The translations under genes and the position numbers were made by a program. From NCBI GenBank assembly GCA_963708185.1, contig OY970195.1, positions 800,001 to 864,000 on the forward strand: 64,000 nucleotides of DNA, written 5' to 3'. Origin of the DNA: Candidatus Peregrinibacteria bacterium (GTDB lineage Bacteria; Patescibacteriota; Gracilibacteria; UBA1369). Below, one piece after another: positions 1 through 9,658 of the stretch; the stretch's first letter is position 1, and every line of letters starts with the position of its first letter. Under the pieces are notes generated by a model. That model made no database searches. It was not told the DNA's origin and saw only the letters and a program-made list of their open reading frames with translations.

Positions 1-402
1 GATGGCGGCTCCCACAAGGACACTTCGCATCAGAAGAATGACGACAAGAAAATCTTTCTGCTGATCCTGGTGATCGCTCTCGCCGTCACGCTTCTTTTTG
101 TTTTCTGGCCGCACCACGTCGCCTCCCAGCAGCTTTCGCAGCGGGCCGAATTCGCAGCCTGTCTCACCGACAAGGGCGTGACGATGTATGGCACGGATAC
201 CTGTCCGAACTGCCAGCTTCAAAAGGGCATGTTCGAGGAAGATTTCAGCCGTATCCATTACATCAATTGCGACATCCATCAAGACGAATGTACCCAAAAA
301 AGTATTCAGGGCTACCCGACCTGGATGTATAATGGGCAAAGCCGCCTGGGGGTCCAGACGTTCCAAAATCTCGGAACGTTCAGCGGATGCCAGACGCCCT
401 GA
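1..402 (+). CDS. Membrane-anchored thioredoxin-like protein (CPNC), resembling the Trx domain associated with VKOR; probably 5'-truncated by the window edge
   Basis: Frame is open from base 1; TM segment followed by MYGTDTCPNCQLQK...YINC...C...IQGYPTW and terminal SGC. Confidence 0.75.
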   Translation, partial: DGGSHKDTSHQKNDDKKIFLLILVIALAVTLLFVFWPHHVASQQLSQRAEFAACLTDKGVTMYGTDTCPNCQLQKGMFEEDFSRIHYINCDIHQDECTQKSIQGYPTWMYNGQSRLGVQTFQNLGTFSGCQTP

Positions 403-428
403 TTTTTCTCTTTCACCGCAATCACCGC

Positions 429-1493
429 ATGAAAAAAATACAAAAATTCTTTCAAAAGATTTTCGTCACCAACGCCGATAACCAGGTATGGATGGCGAGC
501 AGCGTTGTTTTGATCCTTCTTTGCGTCCTTTTCGGGGCCTACACATTCCATCCCGGTTTCCACAGTTCCGTTGACGCTTTGTTATGGGGGACGCAACAGG
601 CGGCACCAACCCAACAGAAACTTTTCCATCTTCCCGTCACAGTCGTCTACGACCCTTCATCGACCGAACAGAAAGCAAAAATGGATGAATTTCTCCAGAA
701 TCTGACCGATCCGACGCAGGCCCTCATCGACACCGACCTGCAGACCACCTGGCTTGATTCCAAAGACCCGAAGGCCCAACCGTTGATGGCGCTGAGCGGT
801 CTTCATTATCTGCCGCAGATTTTCATCGACCAGTCGATTGAACAGCATCCTCAGTTCCAGGCACTGCAGTCTTATCTCAACAAGTCCGGCGACACGTACT
901 TCATCAGGCTTTCTCCGCTTGAGCATCTCCAGATTCCTTCGACCGACGGCGGACACGTGGAGGGCGTCGATCCCTCACAGGCAAAGGTCGTCATCCAGGA
1001 TTATGAAAGCTATTCCTGCGATCACTGCGCCGAAGCCCAGGATACGCTCAAGAAACTCCTCAAGGACTATCCCAAAACTTTACGTGTGGTCTATAAACAT
1101 TTCGAACCCGGCGACACCTACAACCAGATCGCCCAGGGTGCCGAGTGCGCCGCCGACCAGAACAAGTTCTTCGAAATGCAGGACAGGATCTTCAAGGGTC
1201 AGCCCGACATGCTCCAGAAACTCCAGACCATGACCTCGGCGGCTGACAGTTCCAATTATGTCAGCTCCCTGCTCGAAGGCTACGCCAAAGACCTCAAGCT
1301 GAACGCTTCGGTTTTCAAGACCTGTCTCGATGAGGCCTACCACTCCAAGGATATTGAAGATCAGACTCTTGAAGCAGTAGATTACGGCGTCAACGGACCT
1401 CCGACGTTCTTCATCAACGACAAGTTCCAGAGCGGACTGCTCACGTACGATGAATTCAAAACCATTATCGATCAAGACCTTGCCCAATCATAA
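429..1493 (+). CDS. DsbA/BdbD-like thiol-disulfide oxidoreductase with N-terminal membrane anchor
   Basis: DYESYSCDHC active site, VVYKHF, AECAADQNKFFEM, GVNGPPTFFIN cis-Pro loop; ATG at 429 preferred over 387. Confidence 0.85.
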   Translation: MKKIQKFFQKIFVTNADNQVWMASSVVLILLCVLFGAYTFHPGFHSSVDALLWGTQQAAPTQQKLFHLPVTVVYDPSSTEQKAKMDEFLQNLTDPTQALIDTDLQTTWLDSKDPKAQPLMALSGLHYLPQIFIDQSIEQHPQFQALQSYLNKSGDTYFIRLSPLEHLQIPSTDGGHVEGVDPSQAKVVIQDYESYSCDHCAEAQDTLKKLLKDYPKTLRVVYKHFEPGDTYNQIAQGAECAADQNKFFEMQDRIFKGQPDMLQKLQTMTSAADSSNYVSSLLEGYAKDLKLNASVFKTCLDEAYHSKDIEDQTLEAVDYGVNGPPTFFINDKFQSGLLTYDEFKTIIDQDLAQS

Positions 1494-2828
1494 AAAATCC
1501 CCCGCCATCACCACAAGCCTCCGTATTTTTACGGTCGTCCTTGCTGTGCTGGGTTTTACCGCGACCGCCTTTGCGGGCAGTTTTTCCGATGTCCCGGACA
1601 ACTCTGAACATTTTGCAGCCGTTGAATATCTCAAATCCAAAGGAGTCATCAGCGGATATCCTGACGGAACGTTCCAGCCCGACAAGCCCATCAACCGCGC
1701 GGAAAGCCTCAAGATTTTACTGCTCGGCACTTCGACTCCGCTGGATACGTCGCAAAGCATCGCGTTTCCCGACGTGAAATCCACGGACTGGTTTTATCCT
1801 TATGTGAGGAAGGCCTACGAACTGAAGATCGTCGAAGGGTATCCCGACGGAAATTTTAAGCCCGACAATACGATCAATCTTGCTGAAAGCCTCAAAGTCA
1901 TCCTCTTGAGTTTCCAGGCGAAACTTCCGGCAAGCGTCGACGCCGATCCTTATCCGGATGTCCCGAAAGACGTGTGGTACAGCCCCTACGCGCAGTATTC
2001 CAAAGACAAGGTGGTCATCGAACCGCAGGATGACGGCAAACTCCACGCTGAACGGGAGATGACCCGCGCCGAATTCGCCGAGGTGGTGTACCGGCTCATG
2101 TACATCAATGAAAACAAGCTGGATGCTTTTCCTTTAAGCACCAACTGGCCGACGTTCGTCCATCCGACGGACCATTACTCGGTGAAATATCCTTTTTCCT
2201 GGCTTAAGATCCAGGCCGGAAACCACATGATTTTCTGGAAACAGGACGAGGGAAACGGCCAAGTGAGCTTTGCCCGCATTTTTCCGAACAGCGCGACAGT
2301 CTACATGGTTGTTGATCCGAATCCTGACAAGCTCTCGCTTGATGATTACTTGGCCAAAGTCGAATATGACGCTTCGGCAACCGTCCTGAAAAACACGTTG
2401 AACGGATATCCTTACGCCAGTATTTCGATCGCCTCGAACGGTCTCCAGGATTTTTACTTCGCATTGCCAAATAAAACGATTCTTATTGTCTATACTCAGA
2501 TCGGCAACGGCCCGCTCAGACCACAACTTGATGATGATATACGTTTTATGATCGGAACCGTCCGTTATAGCGAAACCAATCCTTCATCGTCGTCTTCCTC
2601 CACCAGCGATTTCCTGAGTGAAGTCCGCAAAAATCTGCTGGTCCAGGGCAAAGGCAAATCCTTTCTCGACCAGATGGGCGACGCCGTGGTGATTGAGACC
2701 GATACGATAGGCATCGGAACGGGCCGGTGGATTACTACTTCAGCGCACTTTATAATGTCACGATAAAATACGAACGTAATTCCGACACTCTGCTCGCGAT
2801 GAAGGACGGGAAAACGACGGCTTTCTAG
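1450..2828 (+). CDS. Secreted S-layer homology (3x SLH) protein; apparent 1-nt deletion at ~2725 truncates the ORF at 2766
   Basis: Signal peptide ending AFA; FSDV...GVISGYPDGTFQPDKPINRAE repeats; adding one C at GGGCC gives GTGPVDYYFSALYNVTIKYERNSDTLLAMKDGKTTAF* ending at 2828; exact start uncertain. Confidence 0.8.
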
Positions 2829-2849
2829 CAAAACCGAATTTTTGAACCG

Positions 2850-2878
2850 TTGTCTTTTGAAAAGCTTTCCCCTATAAT
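2850..2878 (+). promoter_or_regulatory. sigma70-type promoter
   Basis: TTGTCT-17 bp-TATAAT upstream of the ATG at 2919. Confidence 0.7.
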
Positions 2879-2918
2879 TCCTACGATATCTTCTTTTATT
2901 ATTTAATTTCTAACAATT

Positions 2919-3509
2919 ATGAAAGGGAAAACACTTATTGCCGGTGCCGCGGCACTTTCCATCGTCACTCTTTTTGGCTGTCAGCAACAACCGGCTGGCG
3001 TAACACAACAACCGCCTCAAACCCAGACTTCCACGGCGAGCCTGGAAATCAATCAGCCAACCCAGACATCGACAGCAAATCTTGAAATCATGCCTGCAAG
3101 CCAGGAAGGCGCCATGATGAAGCTCGATGACGGCGTTGAAATGGAGAACGGTCAGATGATGGTGAATAAAAACGGTGAAAAAATGACCATGGACCAGGAA
3201 ATGACCATGAACGACGGCACGAAAGTCATGACTGACGGCAGCGTTGTCAAACCTGACGGCACCACGGTGCAGATGAAAGACGGTGATGCCATGTTGATGG
3301 ACGGAACCATGACGACATCGGACAAGATGATGATGCCGGCCATGGAGAACACCATGGGCATGAGCCAGGAAACAAATACCGGTGCCATGCTTCAGGGGAA
3401 CATGATGAATGTGACCAAAAGCATGATGAACACAAATGCAACGACCACGACAACGACCAATACCAATATTGATACGAAAGCGATGGACACCTACGGTAAA
3501 GCAATGTAA
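2919..3509 (+). CDS. Methionine-rich lipoprotein (DUF6799-like domain)
   Basis: Lipobox LFG-C; DGVEMENGQMMV...MTMNDGTKVMTDG...DG...MKDGD.M.MDG pattern. Confidence 0.7.
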   Translation: MKGKTLIAGAAALSIVTLFGCQQQPAGVTQQPPQTQTSTASLEINQPTQTSTANLEIMPASQEGAMMKLDDGVEMENGQMMVNKNGEKMTMDQEMTMNDGTKVMTDGSVVKPDGTTVQMKDGDAMLMDGTMTTSDKMMMPAMENTMGMSQETNTGAMLQGNMMNVTKSMMNTNATTTTTTNTNIDTKAMDTYGKAM

Positions 3510-3525
3510 TTTTTGTGGCTGAAGC

Positions 3526-3804
3526 GTGAAAAAATCTTTGATAAAAATCGGTTTTGTTTTAATGATAAGCCTGGTTCTGGGAGGCTGTCAGTCTGGCACT
3601 GTCCAGCTGGCAGCTTCTCCCAGCCAGGAGGCTCAACCAGTCCCAAATGTTCCCTATTCCAACGGCCCAACGACACCTCCGGGTGTTAAAGGACCAAACC
3701 AGGCTTTCCCCGGATCAGCCGGCATCACCCCTCTGAACCAGACCGAGCAGAACCGATCCCAGGCCATGACGGAAACCGAAGCGAAAACGTTTACTTTAAA
3801 CTAG
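3526..3804 (+). CDS. Small Pro/Gln-rich lipoprotein, hypothetical
   Basis: GTG start, basic n-region, lipobox LGG-C; followed by a terminator. Confidence 0.65.
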   Translation: MKKSLIKIGFVLMISLVLGGCQSGTVQLAASPSQEAQPVPNVPYSNGPTTPPGVKGPNQAFPGSAGITPLNQTEQNRSQAMTETEAKTFTLN

Positions 3805-3829
3805 AAACTTTGTTTGCTCTACAGGATTT

Positions 3830-3855
3830 TCCGGCTTCGAAAGCCGGATTTTTTT
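3830..3855 (+). terminator. Rho-independent terminator
   Basis: tccggctt-cga-aagccgga followed by T7. Confidence 0.8.
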
Positions 3856-3914
3856 GTAGGGCTTTCATTTCCTCATTGTTTTGCTAGACTTTAAACAAAT
3901 CTTTTTTGGTGCTT

Positions 3915-5063
3915 ATGGACGTCTATCAAAAGTCACTGGAACTTCACGAAAAACATAAAGGAAAACTGGAAATCCATTCCAAAGTACCGCTGGCGAACCG
4001 TGAAGATCTTGGTTTGGCCTATACTCCGGGGGTTGCCGAGCCGTGCCGTCAGATCGCGAAAAATCCGGATGATATCTACCGTTATACTTTGAAATCCAAC
4101 ACCGTTGCCGTGGTGACCGACGGATCGGCGGTTCTGGGTCTTGGAAACATCGGGGCGGGGGCGGGGCTGCCGGTCATGGAAGGAAAATGCCTTTTATTCA
4201 AACAGTTCGGAGGAGTCGATGCTTTCCCGATCTGCATCCAGAGCCAGGATACCGAAGAGATTATCCAGACGATTAAAAACATCGCCGTGGGGTTCGGAGG
4301 CATCAATCTTGAGGACATCTCTTCCCCGCGCTGTTTTGAGATCGAAGAACGTTTGAAGCGAGAGCTGTCGATTCCCGTTTTTCACGACGACCAGCACGGG
4401 ACGGCCATCGTGGTACTGGCGGGCACTATCAACGCCATCAAACTTGCGGGGAAAAAACTGAGTGAAATGAAGATCGTGATGTCCGGAAGCGGCGCGGCTG
4501 GCATAGCGACGGCAAAACTGCTCATCAATTACGGGGCGAAAAATCTTATCTTATGCGACCGGAACGGCGCCATCTACAAAACGCGCGGAGATCTGGACGG
4601 CCATGCGCCGAAATACCAGATCGCCACGATGTCCAACCTGAATGAGGAAAAAGGACCCTTGAGTGAGATCATCAAAGGTGCCGACATGTTCATCGGGGTT
4701 TCAACCGCCGGCATTCTTACGGCTGACATGGTTAAAACCATGGGAGACAAGCCGATCGTTTTCGGCATGGCCAATCCGACTCCCGAGATCATGCCGGACG
4801 AAGCCAAAGCCGCGGGAGCGTTCATCGTCGGGACCGGCCGCTCCGATTTTCCAAACCAGATCAACAACGTCCTTGCTTTTCCCGGAATCTTCCGAGGAGT
4901 CCTCGACATCCGTGCACCGCAGATTACGGAAGACATGAAAGTCGCGGCCGCCGAGGCGCTGGCAGGCCTTGTTAAAGACCCGTCGGTCGATAAAATCGTA
5001 CCGGGCGTTTTCGATCCGGGCGTCGCGGAGGCCGTGGCGGCCGCGGTCAAAAGAGTCGGCTAA
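3915..5063 (+). CDS. NAD(P)-dependent malic enzyme (small, YtsJ/MaeE-type)
   Basis: AYTPGVAEPC, VTDGSAVLGLGNIG, PVMEGK, INLEDI, FHDDQHGTA, TGRSDFPNQINNVL. Confidence 0.96.
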   Translation: MDVYQKSLELHEKHKGKLEIHSKVPLANREDLGLAYTPGVAEPCRQIAKNPDDIYRYTLKSNTVAVVTDGSAVLGLGNIGAGAGLPVMEGKCLLFKQFGGVDAFPICIQSQDTEEIIQTIKNIAVGFGGINLEDISSPRCFEIEERLKRELSIPVFHDDQHGTAIVVLAGTINAIKLAGKKLSEMKIVMSGSGAAGIATAKLLINYGAKNLILCDRNGAIYKTRGDLDGHAPKYQIATMSNLNEEKGPLSEIIKGADMFIGVSTAGILTADMVKTMGDKPIVFGMANPTPEIMPDEAKAAGAFIVGTGRSDFPNQINNVLAFPGIFRGVLDIRAPQITEDMKVAAAEALAGLVKDPSVDKIVPGVFDPGVAEAVAAAVKRVG

Positions 5064-5069
5064 TTCCGC

Positions 5070-8060
5070 TTATCGTATCTCGATCGGGTTTTCGGCCGCT
5101 TCACGGATAAACTGGAGGTAGAAGGTTTCCAGGTCTTCTTGTGACATCGCTTTTCCGTTTTCATAGCGGATGCGGATGGTATTTTCCATGTCCGACAGAA
5201 TGAAATCGAGCTTTTCGGCCTGTTCCGGGGCTCTGAAGAACAAATGTCCGAGCGCCTCACGGCAGATCGCCATCTGAAGCACAAGCTGGTTCCTCTGGAT
5301 TTTTCCCATGTCGGTATAGTCGGCATTGAGAAGTTTTTGATAACCTTCCTGAAGCGCCTGGGCTTTTTTGATGTCGTATTCCTTGAGAAATTCCTGTTCA
5401 GGAGTGTTGGGATTTTTCTGAAGGTCGCAAACCTGCATGAAATCACTCATCAAATGCATGAGTTTGTAGAACTTGTTGAACTGTCTGGTGAAATTTTCGG
5501 TACTGCATTCTTCGGTCAATGGGTTTGTCTCGATAAACGCCGTAAAATGTTCGCGGACGCGCGGATCAACCGCGTAAACAGTGTCTTCCGGGTCTTCAGG
5601 ATAGCAATGTTTGACCTCTTCATGGGCACGGATATCAAACATGACGTTCAGGACATGGAGGAATCTTTCGGCATATTTTTGCTGGAGTTCTTCCGTCTCA
5701 GCAGGCTTGAGGCCGTTGGCCAAAATGCGCGACTCTACTTTTTTGAGATATTCAACGTCCTTCAACCAGGCCGCGATAATGCCGTTGCGGGGGAGTTTCT
5801 CAAGGGTGGCGGCGAGCTGGGTTTTCTCGGCAAATTCATCGATGCGCTTGCGCAGAACGTAAATGTCGACGGAATTCTTATCGAGTATTGCATTATAATT
5901 CGTTTCAAAATCCTTGATGGAGTTGGCAAGGCGGACCAGTTTTTCGTACCCCGCACCGCGGAGCACTTCGTGATACCTTTTGGCTTTCAGGTTTATTTCC
6001 TGCTGGCGTTGGAATTCGCTGATGTCTTTCGTCAAAGCCGAAACCGCCTCCTTGAGCGTGTCGACGATTTCAATGTTCTGCAAACCCGGGACATATTCTT
6101 CGACATATCTTGCGCGGTTTTTTTTGTCCACGGCATATGAGAGGATATCCATTGCCGGGCGGATTCTGGTTCCGAGGGTATAGACCTCGCTTCGGAGTCG
6201 GGCCGCCTCTTCTTCGTGTGCGGCGATTTCGGGAAGAACCTGCTGTTTAGTGATGGAGTGGTCGAAGGTTCTGCCGATTTCGAAGAGCACGAGGGAAAAG
6301 ACGTCCTTGAGATCGTTGATGAAATCGTGAATGTCGTAGGAAAGCGTTATGGGACTATCCTGCTCTTTGTCATCCTCTTCGTTGATGAGGACGTTCTTGA
6401 CGCGGGTGGCGTTCAAGTTGCGGCGGGCGTCGCGAATGGAAAAGGCGAGCACGCTGGCCACGGTCCACATGGCGTTGGAAAGTTTGTCTTTCTGTTCGGC
6501 GATTTTCCGGTCATCGTCCGACTCGATGTCAGCGGCAGCCATCGCGGTGTCGTGGGTCAGTTTAATGACCTTGTCAGGACCGAGCCTGAACATCTGACTG
6601 TCTTCGTAACTGAGGGCAAGACCTGACGGAGGAATGCTTTCACGAAGCGTTGCCCCGAAGAAATCGTCTTCGTCGTTCGTCGCCTCTTCTCCCAGGTTGC
6701 CGTGATATTTTTCCGCGAGGATATTCAGTTCCGCCATCAGATTTTCCGTTTCCTGGAGAATGAGCGGACCGAGAAGAAGCATCTTCTTGGGGTAAATGAT
6801 GTGCTTCCCCGCTTCATTTTCCCCCACGGTATGCATGTTCCACATGTAATCTAGGTAGGAAAGAATCGTACTGATCTGGAAAAGCATTCTTTTGAGATCG
6901 GATTTGAGTTTCTCGTCGACAATGGCATTCACGGTATCTCCAATGGCTTTGTACCGTTGAATGCGGCGGCGTAAAACCTCACGATGACGTTTAACGATCA
7001 TCGGAGCCACCGGGTCGGGGAAAATATTGTTGAAAGAGTTGGTAAAAATCCTGATGATGTCGCGCCTTTTTTCGCGTTCCTCTTCAAGTCTTTTCTCACG
7101 TTCCTCGTCCGTTTCCTCTCCGTGAAAAAGTTTGCCCATTTTCATGGTGCCAAGCCAACGGAAGGTATCTTCCCAGCTTTTAATAAACTTCAAAAGCCGC
7201 TGGACTTCATTGAGTCCGAACATCTGGTCCGTCGGACGCATTCCGTGTTCAGGGCTCGGCGGAAAAATGCGGCGTAAACATTCCATGTTCGCCAAGGAGT
7301 TCACGACTTCCCGCAGGTCTTCGATCTTGAGTTCCTTGCTTATCCTGGTATCAGCGTTCTGTCCGTTGAGCACCTTCTGGCGGACTTTCGCAATGGTTTT
7401 CAAAGCATTTTTGAACTGTTCTTTTTCTTCTTCGTTCATTTGAAGTGCGGCAACCATTTTGGTCAGCGCCAATGATATCTGGTTCCTTTCAATCTTCTGG
7501 CCATTGGTACTTTCGCCCGTTTCACCGCTCTTGATGAGTGTGACCATGTCCACGGGGAAGGTTGTTTCGACGAGATCCATGAAATCCCTGTCAAAATGCG
7601 GGCGTACGCTCAGCGAAGCCGCTTCGTCGTCTTCGGTGAAGGTCGCTTTTTTCTGCTGAGCCACGAAAATACGAAGCAAATTGTAGGCGTTGATCAACTG
7701 GTCCAGGATCGGATTCGATCTCCTTTCCAGTTCCCTTCCCAAAAATTTCTTCGCCATGTTTTCCAGATCTTTTACCAGTTGTACCACTTCCTGGAACGAA
7801 AACCTTTCTCCGCTTCCTTCACCCGCGGAGAGCGCGATCATTTCGGGATTTTTGCAGATGGCCTGCAGAAGCTGGAAATGGTAGCCCATCGTTTCGTAGC
7901 ACTTTGTCTCTTCCAGATTCAGCTTATCCATCCATTCGGCATAGGATTCTTTTTCCTTGTTTCCCAAACGGTTGCGGAAGTACGCTCCGACGTCGAAATG
8001 TCTTTCACGGGCGCCTTGGTCTATTTTCGCTTCAATAAGGTCTTTTTCCGGTGTTTCCAT
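5070..8060 (-). CDS. Large hypothetical protein (996 aa), charged and probably alpha-helical
   Basis: Long ORF with AT-rich upstream region; no recognisable motif, signal peptide or TM segment. Confidence 0.8.
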   Translation of the reverse strand: METPEKDLIEAKIDQGARERHFDVGAYFRNRLGNKEKESYAEWMDKLNLEETKCYETMGYHFQLLQAICKNPEMIALSAGEGSGERFSFQEVVQLVKDLENMAKKFLGRELERRSNPILDQLINAYNLLRIFVAQQKKATFTEDDEAASLSVRPHFDRDFMDLVETTFPVDMVTLIKSGETGESTNGQKIERNQISLALTKMVAALQMNEEEKEQFKNALKTIAKVRQKVLNGQNADTRISKELKIEDLREVVNSLANMECLRRIFPPSPEHGMRPTDQMFGLNEVQRLLKFIKSWEDTFRWLGTMKMGKLFHGEETDEEREKRLEEEREKRRDIIRIFTNSFNNIFPDPVAPMIVKRHREVLRRRIQRYKAIGDTVNAIVDEKLKSDLKRMLFQISTILSYLDYMWNMHTVGENEAGKHIIYPKKMLLLGPLILQETENLMAELNILAEKYHGNLGEEATNDEDDFFGATLRESIPPSGLALSYEDSQMFRLGPDKVIKLTHDTAMAAADIESDDDRKIAEQKDKLSNAMWTVASVLAFSIRDARRNLNATRVKNVLINEEDDKEQDSPITLSYDIHDFINDLKDVFSLVLFEIGRTFDHSITKQQVLPEIAAHEEEAARLRSEVYTLGTRIRPAMDILSYAVDKKNRARYVEEYVPGLQNIEIVDTLKEAVSALTKDISEFQRQQEINLKAKRYHEVLRGAGYEKLVRLANSIKDFETNYNAILDKNSVDIYVLRKRIDEFAEKTQLAATLEKLPRNGIIAAWLKDVEYLKKVESRILANGLKPAETEELQQKYAERFLHVLNVMFDIRAHEEVKHCYPEDPEDTVYAVDPRVREHFTAFIETNPLTEECSTENFTRQFNKFYKLMHLMSDFMQVCDLQKNPNTPEQEFLKEYDIKKAQALQEGYQKLLNADYTDMGKIQRNQLVLQMAICREALGHLFFRAPEQAEKLDFILSDMENTIRIRYENGKAMSQEDLETFYLQFIREAAENPIEIR

Positions 8061-8188
8061 GGTTTTTTTATAAATTCAGGAGTGGCAATTTAACATAATT
8101 CTCTTTTTCCGTCAAATCTTTTCCCGGCGTCATGCTGATTTCATGATATTATAAGCTGGATTTTTCTTAAGGATTACACAAAAAACTC

Positions 8189-8883
8189 ATGAGCTCGTTG
8201 TTTATCGTAGCCCACCGCGGGGGAAAAGGCCCTTATGAGGAAAATACTCTGCAAGCGTTACAATACGGGCTTGAACAATGCGGTAACGCCGTGGAAATGG
8301 ACGTCAGGTTCGACCATTTGCGGAAAAGATTTTACCTGGAACACGACTTTTTGCATGCTCCCAGGAAAAACCACAATGTGATCGATAAAGTCATCCCCTT
8401 CCTGCCGACGACGGCAACGCTTTTCGTCGAGCTGAAAACCCTTTACTGGCTTCGACGGAAATATACGCTGCGTTTCCTTAAAATCATTGAGCAGTTCGCG
8501 CTCGATAAACGTGCGATCATCATGTCGTTCAACCCTTTCGTCCTCGTCCAGCTCAAAAGCCGGGCCCCTACCTCCAGGTCGGATTTCTCATGAACAGCCG
8601 CATCTGGGGTTTTATTTTCAGACGCTGGGTTTACTGGCTCCTGAGGCCGCAGTATATTATGCTCAACAGGCACTTTTTCCGTAAGAAAAAGTTTCTGGAG
8701 CGGATGCTGGTTTTTGCCCGTAAGCATAAGATCAAGGTTCTTACCTTTACCGCGAACAGCCCCGAGGACTGGTATAATGCCCTCGAGTATAAACTGAACG
8801 GGGTCATTACCGATTATCCCAAAGAGGCTTGTGAAATACTGACCAAACATACGGGGGTCGCTCAAGGGGCACATCATTCATAA
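8189..8883 (+). CDS. Glycerophosphodiester phosphodiesterase (GDPD), split by an apparent 1-nt deletion at ~8568
   Basis: AHRG..ENT..EMDV..HD..VELK..SFN in ORF 8189-8593 and FTANS..GVITDYP in ORF 8590-8883; one extra C gives RAPYLQVGFLMNS. Confidence 0.85.
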
Positions 8884-8894
8884 TTCGCTTTCCT

Positions 8895-9653
8895 ATGTCC
8901 GGACATTCCAAATGGCATTCCATCAAGCATAAAAAGGCCGCCGAGGACGCGAAAAAAGGCAAAATTTTCACCAAACACGCCAAGCTTATCGCCATTGCGG
9001 CCAGAAACGGCGGTGATCCGAACATGAATCCTTCTTTGCGCCTGGCCATAGATAACGCGCGCGCCGAAAACATGCCGAGGGAAAATATCGACCGCGCCAT
9101 TAAAAAAGGCACCGGCGAGGGTAAAGACGCCGTGGTGATGGAGGAGATTTTCTATGAAGGGTTCGGGCCTGGCGGCGCGGCACTCTATATTGAAACGCTC
9201 ACCGACAACCGAAACCGCACTCTTACCAACGTGAAGCATATTTTCACCAAACATGGAGGAAACTTCGGTTCCGCCGGAACGGTAGGATACCTGTTCAAGA
9301 AAAAGGGCGTCATCAACGTCAACATCGCCGAAGCCGGCAAAAATGAGGAAGAGATCGAGCTTGCGGCCATCGACGCCGGCGCCGAAGACGTGGTGAGCGA
9401 CGGGGAACTCGTGACGATCTATACGGAGCCGACCGCGGTGATGAAGGTCAAGGCCTCGCTTGAAGGCGCCGGCGTCAAGGTTGGATCGGCTTCACAAACT
9501 TATATTCCGCAGACCACGGTCAAGATCGAAAATGCGGAAGTCGCAAAACAATTACTGAAACTCGTTGACCTCATTGAAGAAGACGAGGACGTTTCCGAAG
9601 TGCACGGCAACTTTGACATTGCCGAGGAGATTCTTGAAAAACTTGGAAGCTGA
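8895..9653 (+). CDS. yebC: YebC/PmpR family protein
   Basis: MSGHSKWHSIKHKK, YEGFGPGG, TDNRNRT, EDEDVSEVHGN. Confidence 0.97.
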   Translation: MSGHSKWHSIKHKKAAEDAKKGKIFTKHAKLIAIAARNGGDPNMNPSLRLAIDNARAENMPRENIDRAIKKGTGEGKDAVVMEEIFYEGFGPGGAALYIETLTDNRNRTLTNVKHIFTKHGGNFGSAGTVGYLFKKKGVINVNIAEAGKNEEEIELAAIDAGAEDVVSDGELVTIYTEPTAVMKVKASLEGAGVKVGSASQTYIPQTTVKIENAEVAKQLLKLVDLIEEDEDVSEVHGNFDIAEEILEKLGS

Positions 9654-9658
9654 AAGGT

